IMG/VR virus record: IMGVR_UViG_3300045997_000112
Coordinates: 32,001-96,000 of that record
DNA length: 64,000 nt
Direction: 5' to 3' (one strand)
DNA from: a virus
Shown: positions 17,599 through 26,101 of the stretch, piece after piece
How the letters are laid out: the number at the start of each line of letters is the position of its first letter
How positions within the stretch are numbered: position 1 is the stretch's first letter
The notes under the pieces: generated by a model
The model's database searches: none
What the model saw: only the letters and a program-made list of their open reading frames with translations
Told to the model about the DNA's origin: nothing
Translations under genes and position numbers: made by a program

Positions 17599-19182
17599 TC
17601 AGGTCGCAATCTCCCCAGTGACCAGCGAGGTCATGAGCGGCTTGATGATGACGCGGCACCCGGACGCCTGGATCCACCGGAGGTTCCGCTCCGAGTACCC
17701 GGGGTCCGCAGCACGGCAGACCACCCGCAGCTGGTACTCCCGGCCTGGGGTCAGGCCGCCGACGACGTGGAAGTTCGCCGACCGGACCTGATCCACGTCC
17801 GTCTGCTCCGCCACTGCCCGGGCGCCATTGTTGACGCACCCGTGCCGATCGTTGGCAGCCAGGATGACGTTGGTGGGAGTGGCCTTCTCGAAGATCTCGT
17901 AGGACACCCAGGTGGGCCTCGAGAACGAACGGATCTCCACCGACAGCTGGATCTCGACGGCACCAGTGGCCGGACCGACGAAGTCCATGACGATCTTGCG
18001 CCGGTAGTTGACGTTGCTGTTCTCCCGATCGGACGGAGACGCGTACCGGCCCTCGGCTGCAGCGGTGTGCCCGCCCGGGTTGTACGGCGGCACCGGGATG
18101 AACATCGTGCCCCCAACGTTGTAGAGCCACGTCTTCATGCCCCGGGCGATCATCCCGCCGGAGAACTCCGCGAGCGCGGTGTCGACGACGAGGTTCTTGT
18201 TCTTCGAGGTGATGCTGCCACCCTCGAGGGTCAGCGTGGTCGGGCTGAGCCCGCCGCCATCCTTGAAGACCAGCCCGTTCGGGCGGTACTCCCCGCCCGC
18301 GTGGAAGACCAGCCCATTCTTGTCCAGGGTCAGTCCATCGAACTCGATCGGCCGGTCGAGGGTGTCCCCGTTGATGCTCTTGCAGGTGACGTTGCCCTCG
18401 GAGTCGATCAGGAACACCGTGCTGTCCGACGCGTCGGCGATGCGGAACACGTTCCGGGCCCGACCCTTGATCAGGGCGTTGTTGAGGTAGATGGTCTCGT
18501 CGGTGCCGATCACCAGGGACAGGACCGGAGCCGCCGTCCCAACCGTGAACGAGCTGCCGCCAACCCCGAGGGACCCCGGGGAGAGCAGGATCTCGTGCCC
18601 CACCCGGACGATCCCGGTCTTGGAGTCCAGGGAGATGGTGTGCTCGGAGTCGAGGACCACGGACTGCGCCGTGATCGCGCCCGAGCTCCACAGCGCCACC
18701 GCCGAGCTGGCGGACCAGTTCTTGTCCGAGGACCACCTCTTCGCATCCAGGATGGCGAGGGCAGGCTGGGCGTCCGCTGCCGACTGGAGGATGGCCACCC
18801 CACCGGTACCCGGAGGGCGGAAGTCGTTGCGAGTGGGATCCACCACCCCGGCGCCGAGGAGGGAGACGTAGTTCTGGTCCAGGTCCCTCAGGGCCGCCCG
18901 CTCAATGTTGGTGATCCGCTCGTGAAGAGAGGGCCACACGAGCGGGTCGCTGGTGCCGTCGTAGGAGATGAACAAGTTGGGCGTGCCCACCGGGTGGGCG
19001 CTCGTGCTGCCGTACCAGACCCGCTTGGCATCCTGCGGGGTCTCGTTGACGAACAGCCCGAGCGTGAACTGGGTGGCCTCGAGCTCGTACTGGAGCTTGT
19101 TGACGTGATCGGACTCGACCACCTCACCCTGAATCTTGGGCTCCCACCGGGGGAACGCACCGGGGTACAAGGAGTTGGCCAT
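17599..19182 (-). CDS. Tail fibre/baseplate-attached protein
   Basis: N-terminal YPGAFP...DHVNKLQYELEATQFTLG anchor followed by beta-rich repeats. Confidence 0.7.
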   Translation of the reverse strand: MANSLYPGAFPRWEPKIQGEVVESDHVNKLQYELEATQFTLGLFVNETPQDAKRVWYGSTSAHPVGTPNLFISYDGTSDPLVWPSLHERITNIERAALRDLDQNYVSLLGAGVVDPTRNDFRPPGTGGVAILQSAADAQPALAILDAKRWSSDKNWSASSAVALWSSGAITAQSVVLDSEHTISLDSKTGIVRVGHEILLSPGSLGVGGSSFTVGTAAPVLSLVIGTDETIYLNNALIKGRARNVFRIADASDSTVFLIDSEGNVTCKSINGDTLDRPIEFDGLTLDKNGLVFHAGGEYRPNGLVFKDGGGLSPTTLTLEGGSITSKNKNLVVDTALAEFSGGMIARGMKTWLYNVGGTMFIPVPPYNPGGHTAAAEGRYASPSDRENSNVNYRRKIVMDFVGPATGAVEIQLSVEIRSFSRPTWVSYEIFEKATPTNVILAANDRHGCVNNGARAVAEQTDVDQVRSANFHVVGGLTPGREYQLRVVCRAADPGYSERNLRWIQASGCRVIIKPLMTSLVTGEIAT

Positions 19183-20660
19183 CAGAATCGAGTCCTTCCA
19201 GTGGTGACGTTCTTGGTGACCGTGACGACGACCGAGGATGGATCGGGCAGCACGGCGATCTCGTTCCGGTCGGGATCGATCTCCGCCACCGAGGACGTTC
19301 CGGTGGAGAACCCGATGACCCGGGCGAACTGGACCACCGACGTGGGAATGGCCTCACTGATCGCACGAATGATGTGGTCCGCCGACACAACCTCGCCGAA
19401 CACCCCACTCTCGTAGGAGAACTTCGCGTACAGGGCCTCCTGGACGGCAAAGGCCACGTAGTCCACATCCACCGACGGGGCGGCGATGACCTCCACCTCC
19501 ACCCCGAAGTCGAGGGTCCTGCCCGCCCGGACCACGGGCTCCACTCCCGCCAGGGCAACCTTGGTGAGGGAATCCTCTGTCACCCGGACCAGCTCCTCCA
19601 GCATCTCCGGAGACCCGTACAGGGACTGGTCCCGAGGCGCGATCCAGATGGTGGGCCGGGACCACACCGAGGACTCGCACCGCGCGTCGAGGATCCGGGA
19701 GTCGGCACGAGCGATCGCCTCGTAGTCCCCGGCCGTCACCGCGCGACGCTGGGTCTTGGTCAGGTTCACCGTGCCGGAGCGGATGGAGTCCATCGACTCC
19801 AGGTCCCGTCCACCCGATGGGGAGGACAGGGAGTGCACCGTGACGTCGGAGTACTGGGCGAGCGCCGGGTCGTCCCAGGAGACGAGGAACCGGGTGAGGT
19901 CTGCTCCTGGGGCGTTCCCAGCCGAGCCATTCGTGATCCGGTACATCACCCCGACGGTCCACCCCTTGATGGGCACCCGACCGGCCACCCCATCCCCGAA
20001 CGCGATGTACGTGGTCCCATCCGGATCCACCACCGCGCTGAACACGTAGTCCCCGGATGGGCTGTCCAGAAGTAGCTCGGTATGAGTCCAGAACTCGCGT
20101 CGGGTGGCGTCGTCGGGGTGCTGGGTGAGCACAGCGAGCGCGCCGAGGCGCCCATCCACCCCGGTGTCCTGAAGGAGGAACCGCTGGTTGCCGGTGCCAT
20201 CGGACACCCCGAGCTCGACGTAGCGGGTGTTGCCCTCCCAGGCATCCAGCACCCGGGAGTCGCCCGGCTCGAGCGTCACCTCGGACTGGAGCTCATAGGC
20301 GAGGCCACCGGACTGCGCGCCCACCATGGTGTGCTCGGCAACCGTGACGGTCTGGGTCCCATTGTTGGTGAGCTCCACCGGGCACCACGCGCTGACGGCC
20401 AGACCGGGGGAGTACCCGAACAGCCTGGCGAGGGCGTAGATGTTGCGCGGGCTGTTGGCCGTCAGGATGTTGGACTCCTGGGCCGCCCGGTCGACGTAGT
20501 AGCTCATCATGTCGCCGATGTAGGACATGCCCTCGACCAGGGAGTAGGCGAAGTCCGAGGGATCCGGGCTCCACCCGGGAACCCGGTCCTTCAGGAAGGT
20601 GATCATCTGGTTGCGGAGGGACACGTAGTCACGGTCCGTGTAGTCGAAGGGGTTACTCAT
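19182..20660 (-). CDS. Baseplate J / T4 gp6-like wedge protein
   Basis: DYTDRDYVSLR, GDMMSYYVD, LGVSDGTGNQRF, FGDGVAGRVP, GGRDLES, RAVTAGDYE. Confidence 0.93.
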   Translation of the reverse strand: MSNPFDYTDRDYVSLRNQMITFLKDRVPGWSPDPSDFAYSLVEGMSYIGDMMSYYVDRAAQESNILTANSPRNIYALARLFGYSPGLAVSAWCPVELTNNGTQTVTVAEHTMVGAQSGGLAYELQSEVTLEPGDSRVLDAWEGNTRYVELGVSDGTGNQRFLLQDTGVDGRLGALAVLTQHPDDATRREFWTHTELLLDSPSGDYVFSAVVDPDGTTYIAFGDGVAGRVPIKGWTVGVMYRITNGSAGNAPGADLTRFLVSWDDPALAQYSDVTVHSLSSPSGGRDLESMDSIRSGTVNLTKTQRRAVTAGDYEAIARADSRILDARCESSVWSRPTIWIAPRDQSLYGSPEMLEELVRVTEDSLTKVALAGVEPVVRAGRTLDFGVEVEVIAAPSVDVDYVAFAVQEALYAKFSYESGVFGEVVSADHIIRAISEAIPTSVVQFARVIGFSTGTSSVAEIDPDRNEIAVLPDPSSVVVTVTKNVTTGRTRF

Positions 20661-21009
20661 GAGGACTCTCAATCCCGACCGTGGTCGTCAAGAGGCTGCT
20701 GTCCGGTGTCGTGTAGATGACCTCAACCTCGTACGTGTCCTGGACCTGGTTCACGGACACCGACTCCACCTTGATGTGCGGGAGCCACTTCTTCAGCGCC
20801 TCCCGGACGGACTCCTCGGGCTGGATCAGCGCGTTCTCGAACAATGAGGCGACGAGGTTGGTCCCGTAGTCGTCCCGCATGACCCGCTCACCCATGCGCG
20901 CACAGAGCACCTGGCTCACTCGTCCGGCCCACACCTCATCGGGAGTTCGGGCCACGACGAAGCGCCCATCAGGACCCAACTGCATGGGCCACTTCAGGTA
21001 CGTCGCCAT
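20653..21009 (-). CDS. Baseplate wedge gp25/GpW-like protein
   Basis: GERVMRDDYGT...LFE...ALKKWLPHI motif. Confidence 0.9.
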   Translation of the reverse strand: MATYLKWPMQLGPDGRFVVARTPDEVWAGRVSQVLCARMGERVMRDDYGTNLVASLFENALIQPEESVREALKKWLPHIKVESVSVNQVQDTYEVEVIYTTPDSSLLTTTVGIESPHE

Positions 21010-21028
21010 GGCGCCAATCCTCTCGTAC

Positions 21029-21286
21029 TCATGGGGCCCTCGTCCCATAGAACCCGACCCACACCGGGTACGCCCGGTCCCCGCCCTCGAACATGATCCA
21101 GACCCCGTCCCCGGTGCGTACCTCAGGTCGCTTCTTCGGATCGGGGTCCGAGAAGCACGGGAACGCCCACACCGATCCCGTCCCGGTGATGAGCGGGATG
21201 CTGACCTTGAGTCGGGCCAGACCGGAGTCATCCCGAGCGTCGGTCACGACCCCTCGATACAGCCCGGTCAGCGCTGTGCTCGCCAT
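21029..21286 (-). CDS. Baseplate spike gpV/gp5 OB-fold-only protein
   Basis: YRGVVTD..D...RLKV.IP...WA.P...P...GDGVWIMFEGGD..YPVW.G. Confidence 0.9.
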   Translation of the reverse strand: MASTALTGLYRGVVTDARDDSGLARLKVSIPLITGTGSVWAFPCFSDPDPKKRPEVRTGDGVWIMFEGGDRAYPVWVGFYGTRAP

Positions 21287-22425
21287 CGCGCCCCCTCCCG
21301 CCACATGGTCGCGCCCCGGACCCGCTGGGGCGGCACGTACAGGACCGGCTCGTTCTCAAGGTTGACGGCCTCCCCGAAGTCGCCCACCCGGTGAATGTTG
21401 CGCTCAGGTGCGAAGACCTCCGGGCTCAACCTCCGGAGGTCCTCGGCCCGGTGCAGCTCGAGGCTCATGTCGTAGGCGTTCTGCTCCATGTCGTACTCGT
21501 GGCAGACCGAGTTGACCAGCCACCACGGTCCCGGATCCGATCCCCGGACGAACACCGGCTTCCCGGCCGTGATCCCGATGTGCCCGGTGCCCTGAGCCTG
21601 AGCCACATGCGTGACCGTGGATCCGGACAGACGATCGACCACGTTCCCATAGGACTGGGCGACGTATCCCGGGTACCGGGAGAACATGGAGTCGCCCTCC
21701 TCCCGCTGGGTCACTCGTGCGGTGTGCGGATCTACCCCAAAGGCAATGCGGTGATCAGGAACTACCCCAAGGGCACCGGTGTTGTCCGTGGTCGGGATCT
21801 TGAACTGGCGCAGCACGAACTGGTTGGTGGAGTGTGCGGCCCCGCCCATCCACACCAGCGTCACGGCCTCCTGCCGGTACATGTCGATGATGTCCTTGAG
21901 CTGCATCGCATGGACCGTGGTCCCGGTGGTGAACAGGTACTGGCTGTACTCCTTGGCCGTCTCGGCGAGCACCTCCCACTGGGAGCGCCCACCCAAAAGC
22001 ATCTGCCGCTCGGAGTCCGGGCCCCGCACGATCGGCACCAGTCCGTTCCGGCGGATGATCTGACGCTGGCCATCCCGCACCTTGCCCGCCACAACATTGG
22101 TGGGCTCCTTGAGCGGGTAGGTGAGCCCCACCCCGACGACCCGGGTGTACGGGGCGTTCGATCCCGGCTCCTCGTAGGGCGTCACCGAGTCCACGTACCC
22201 GTGCCACCGGCGCCGCCCCTTGCGCGACGTGATCGAGACCGTCATCGGGGCGCCAGAGCGGAGGCTCTCCTGTGCGTACTTGGCGTGCCCGGCATGCCTG
22301 ACCACGAAGATCGTGTGCTTGCCGCACTCCTCCAACACCTGCAGATGGGTCGCCCCGCCCAGGAACCCGGTGGTCACTGAGGCGGGATAGCGAACCTCGC
22401 TGCGGAGATGAAGGCTGGGGATCAT
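21268..22425 (-). CDS. Baseplate hub (gpD/gp27-like)
   Basis: Position between the X-like gene and the spike gene; SQWEVLAETAK; G..WLVNSVCHEY. Confidence 0.75.
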   Translation of the reverse strand: MIPSLHLRSEVRYPASVTTGFLGGATHLQVLEECGKHTIFVVRHAGHAKYAQESLRSGAPMTVSITSRKGRRRWHGYVDSVTPYEEPGSNAPYTRVVGVGLTYPLKEPTNVVAGKVRDGQRQIIRRNGLVPIVRGPDSERQMLLGGRSQWEVLAETAKEYSQYLFTTGTTVHAMQLKDIIDMYRQEAVTLVWMGGAAHSTNQFVLRQFKIPTTDNTGALGVVPDHRIAFGVDPHTARVTQREEGDSMFSRYPGYVAQSYGNVVDRLSGSTVTHVAQAQGTGHIGITAGKPVFVRGSDPGPWWLVNSVCHEYDMEQNAYDMSLELHRAEDLRRLSPEVFAPERNIHRVGDFGEAVNLENEPVLYVPPQRVRGATMWREGARWRAQR

Positions 22426-22691
22426 GTGACGATCCTCGGGATCTTGATCACGTCACCCGGCCGGATCATGGTGGGGCACCGAAGGGTGGGGTTGGCGTCG
22501 AGCACCATCCACCACTTCAGGCGTGGGATCCCCAGGGCCTGGGAGATCCAGTCGATGCGGTCCCCGGCCTTCCACCGGTACAGCAGGAAGTCTCCCTGGA
22601 TGGGGAACTCCCGATCCACGGTGTAGACCACCTCACCGTTGAGGTCAGCAGACCTGACCGCCCCGGTCACGTAGCGCGAGTTCAGGTACAT
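22422..22691 (-). CDS. Tail X / LysM-like baseplate protein
   Basis: GDRIDWIS...WWMVLDANP...IRPGDVIKIP. Confidence 0.88.
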   Translation of the reverse strand: MYLNSRYVTGAVRSADLNGEVVYTVDREFPIQGDFLLYRWKAGDRIDWISQALGIPRLKWWMVLDANPTLRCPTMIRPGDVIKIPRIVT

Positions 22692-22692
22692 G

Positions 22693-24198
22693 TCATCTCC
22701 TCAGGGCGTGCGGGCTCTTGTTGGTCCAACCTTGGGAGCTCTTGTTGAGCAGCCACATGGCCGGATCCTGGAACACGGACCAGGACTTCCTCCAGGCCAC
22801 CTCGTTCCGGACCTCGAAGTGCAGATGAGCTGCAGCTCCGGAGGACATCCCGGACTTGCCCACGAACCCGATGTGGCGCCCCTTCGTCACCGACATCCCA
22901 ACCTTGATGCCCGATGCCACCCCCTGCATGTGCCCATAGCAGGCGTACGGGCCCGCCTTGGTCTTGAGCACGAGCTCGGTTCCCAGGGCCCCACCCTGGT
23001 GGATGGCCGCGATGGTCCCGTCATCGACGGCGTACAGGAGACCACCTGAGGAGTCGGCATTCTTGGGAGCCCAGATGTCGATCCCGGTGTGCGCCCCGAG
23101 GGCATAGTTGGTGGCGCCCCGGGTCTTGAACCCGAGGTAGACCAGCCAGTCCGACTTGGTCGGCATCGCCCAGTTCTGCCGGACTACGCCCGGGCCCTGG
23201 ACCTGCCCCGCTCCGGTGCCCTGCGGGCCACTGTTGGGATCACCCGGAATGTTGCCCGCAACCGCGCTGTCTGATCCGGCGCCAACGGTGGTGTACCCGG
23301 CCAGGCCATACATGTCCGTGGTCCGGAGGAAGTTGATGGACAGGAAGGAGTAGACCGGGATCATGCCCGGCGCGTACTGCTGGTGCTGGACGCTCATGCT
23401 CGCCACGATGCCCCGGTACTTCCGGCAGCCCTCCGAGTCGCCCACGCTCATGATCACCGGGGTGGCCATGAGCATGCCCCAGTCGGACGTCTCCTCCCGC
23501 CAGGTGTTCACCGGGTCGAGGTTGATCACCCGGAACAGGTACTCGATGTCGTACTGGGTGCCCCGCGCCAGGATCTCGGCCCGGTCCTCCTCCGTGGGCC
23601 GGTCCAACAATGGGTACTGCTGCTGCCAGTCGTCCCGGAGCAGGACGCGCATGTCCTCAGCTCGAGACAGCAGCAGCTTGACGGTGATCGTGGCCCCGGT
23701 GTTGCACGACATCAGCAGCAGGGGGTTGGCTGCGATGTCCCGGATGAAGTCGGCGTACGCGATGTCCATCGGAGCCGTGAACGACTCCTGGATCTCCGAC
23801 GGGTTGTAGTGGAACTGGAAGCCCCACCTACCTGAGGTGCTGGCCCATCCGGAGTCCGCCGCCTTGAGGCGCTCGTTCATGTTGAAGTCGCGGACGATCA
23901 TCCCACGCTCGTTGAACCCGGCCTCCCGGTAGATGGGCTTGGCCCCGTTGCCGTAGGGGACCCGGCCCTTGTAGAGCGACTGGGAGTGCAGCTGCGTCGG
24001 GATGGCGGCGTTGAACTTGAGGTACGCCCCGTCCTGCCTGCGAAGGTTGGTGTCCCCGGGGAGCGGGTACGCCTCACCCTCCACGGGCGCGGTGGGACTG
24101 GTGCCCGGCTGAGTGACCTCACCCGTCGGTGGATTGGCCCAATCGGGCGTGTTGATGGGATAGCTGGGCGCTGGTGTGTCCGGGAGGAAGTTGACCAT
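22693..24198 (-). CDS. Tube-initiator-like domain + C-terminal M23 peptidase
   Basis: GFQFHYNP...GTQYDIEYLFR...GMIP domain; HTGID, YGHM and HLHFEVR M23 motifs. Confidence 0.85.
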   Translation of the reverse strand: MVNFLPDTPAPSYPINTPDWANPPTGEVTQPGTSPTAPVEGEAYPLPGDTNLRRQDGAYLKFNAAIPTQLHSQSLYKGRVPYGNGAKPIYREAGFNERGMIVRDFNMNERLKAADSGWASTSGRWGFQFHYNPSEIQESFTAPMDIAYADFIRDIAANPLLLMSCNTGATITVKLLLSRAEDMRVLLRDDWQQQYPLLDRPTEEDRAEILARGTQYDIEYLFRVINLDPVNTWREETSDWGMLMATPVIMSVGDSEGCRKYRGIVASMSVQHQQYAPGMIPVYSFLSINFLRTTDMYGLAGYTTVGAGSDSAVAGNIPGDPNSGPQGTGAGQVQGPGVVRQNWAMPTKSDWLVYLGFKTRGATNYALGAHTGIDIWAPKNADSSGGLLYAVDDGTIAAIHQGGALGTELVLKTKAGPYACYGHMQGVASGIKVGMSVTKGRHIGFVGKSGMSSGAAAHLHFEVRNEVAWRKSWSVFQDPAMWLLNKSSQGWTNKSPHALRR

Positions 24199-24199
24199 G

Positions 24200-26101
24200 T
24201 CAGTACCAGTGCGGCTTCCGTGAGAGCCAGGTCGAGTAGGCGCGGGACGGGCGCCCGTACGGGGTGCCCTTGTTGGACTCGCGGGACTTCACCCGGATGT
24301 ACTCCAGGCCCCAGGCGATCTGCTTGGCCGGGGTCTTCCTCCACGCGTCATTGTTGGTCTCCGGGTGCCACCGGGGAATGGCCTGCGGGATCCCGGTGGC
24401 GTTGGAGGACGGGTTCTTGGCCAGGTGGTTCCAGCTCGACTCCCCGTCCCAGAGCTTGATCAGGGCCGTCCAGTCGGCGTCGTTCCACCCGTACTTCGAC
24501 CGGTAGGTGTCGAAGATGGGCTTGGCGATCGCAATGTTCTGGTCCCGACGGGATCCCGGCTTGCTGGATCCGTACCCGGGGACGTTGTCCGGCGTGGGCG
24601 CGGGGATGTGCACGCCTCCTGCGGGGCCCTCGACACCCGGCACCGTGACGCTGCCCGAGGACCCGGCGGCCGAGTCGTCCTTGCTCTCGCCCTCCGTGCT
24701 CTCGTTGGTGTACCAGGAGTCCGAGTGCCGGGAGATGCCCAAGGACACCTGGGTGCGGATCGGGATCATCCCGGGCGCGAACATCGTGTGGTGGAACGAC
24801 GCCTGCATGATCGAGCCACGGATGCGCCGAACCTTGGGGCCGTCACCGATGGACACCAGCACCGGGTAGGGCACGAGCACCCCGAAGTCGGACGTCTTCC
24901 GGCCGTGCCACATGGTCGCTCCGGGCGGCTGGCCGTTGACGCAACGGAACAGGTACTCGAGGTCCCACATGGTGCCGTACTTGAGCAGGCCCTCGTAGTC
25001 GTCCTCGTTCCACCCCTGGATCCCGATCGCCTCGTAGAACTTTTGAGTCCGTGCCCGGTCATTGATCCCGTAGAGGGAGAACATCTTGTGGTCCATCTGC
25101 CGGTCCAGCAGAAGGTTGAGCGTCATGGAGGACCCGGTGTTCTGCACCACAGGTGGCGCGTCAGCTGCTGCCACGTCCGCGAGGTACTGGCCCGTGTCCA
25201 CCCCGGACGGGGTGGCGTAGTTCTCCGAGTTGGTGCCCGGGTTGAACAGGAACCGGAACCCATACAAGGGCCCGGCGCTCGGTCGGTAGTTGTCGACGTG
25301 GATCACCTCGGTGCGGATGGTGCTCGGCGCGAACTCCTCCACCTCTCCGGTCTCCGGATCGATCGGGCCCTCGTAGTGGTCGTGCTCGGGGAGCCCCGCC
25401 ACGCTCTCGAGCGCGGCCGGGTCACGGGTGATCCACCCCTTGCCGAACGCCTCAGGACCGTGGATTCCGCTCCACCAATCTTGGGAGCCCTGACCCTCCT
25501 TGAGCTGGGCGTTGTACATCCGGGCCTGCCGGAGGTTGTCCCACAGCGGTGGGTTGAACACGGTCTGGCGCCGGAGGTGCTGGATGTCGATCAGGTCCCG
25601 AACCGCGTCGAAGTTCCCGGCCGCCTCGCTGGATCCCGCAGAGCCAGAGCCAGAGGACGACCCCGTGGACCCGGAGGCCGACCCGTCCTCCTCCGGAGGC
25701 GGCGGCAGGACCATGCCCTCCCGCCACTTGATCGCACCGGCCGGGTTCACCGATCGACCGTTGATCTGGACCTCGAAATGCAGGTGGTTGCCCGTGGAGT
25801 TGCCCAGCGTGCCGACCTCACCCAGCTTCTGCCCGGCCTGCACCCGCTGCCCGGCGGAGACGGTCTTGGACCTCATGTGGGCGTAGATGTCCTTCTGACC
25901 GCCGCCAACATTGACGATCACCATGTTGGGTCCGGCCCACCCCTGGGGCTTGATCTCCACGATGCCCGGGCGCGCGGCCACCACGTTGCGACCTGCGGGC
26001 GCCGCGAAGTCGCACCCCGTGTGGTACCCGGACGACCATGACGAGCCCTTCTGCCCGTACGGCGTGGTGATCCTCGTCTGGGAGGGGACCGGGGCAACCA
26101 T
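24200..26101 (-). CDS. N-terminal M23 peptidase + tube-initiator-like domain + C-terminal lytic transglycosylase
   Basis: HTGCD, YAHM, GNSTGNHLHFEV; GFRFLFNP...GTMWDLEYLFR; ESSWN..A.NPSS.A.GIPQA...QIAWGLEYI..YG (SLT-like). Confidence 0.88.
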   Translation of the reverse strand: MVAPVPSQTRITTPYGQKGSSWSSGYHTGCDFAAPAGRNVVAARPGIVEIKPQGWAGPNMVIVNVGGGQKDIYAHMRSKTVSAGQRVQAGQKLGEVGTLGNSTGNHLHFEVQINGRSVNPAGAIKWREGMVLPPPPEEDGSASGSTGSSSGSGSAGSSEAAGNFDAVRDLIDIQHLRRQTVFNPPLWDNLRQARMYNAQLKEGQGSQDWWSGIHGPEAFGKGWITRDPAALESVAGLPEHDHYEGPIDPETGEVEEFAPSTIRTEVIHVDNYRPSAGPLYGFRFLFNPGTNSENYATPSGVDTGQYLADVAAADAPPVVQNTGSSMTLNLLLDRQMDHKMFSLYGINDRARTQKFYEAIGIQGWNEDDYEGLLKYGTMWDLEYLFRCVNGQPPGATMWHGRKTSDFGVLVPYPVLVSIGDGPKVRRIRGSIMQASFHHTMFAPGMIPIRTQVSLGISRHSDSWYTNESTEGESKDDSAAGSSGSVTVPGVEGPAGGVHIPAPTPDNVPGYGSSKPGSRRDQNIAIAKPIFDTYRSKYGWNDADWTALIKLWDGESSWNHLAKNPSSNATGIPQAIPRWHPETNNDAWRKTPAKQIAWGLEYIRVKSRESNKGTPYGRPSRAYSTWLSRKPHWY

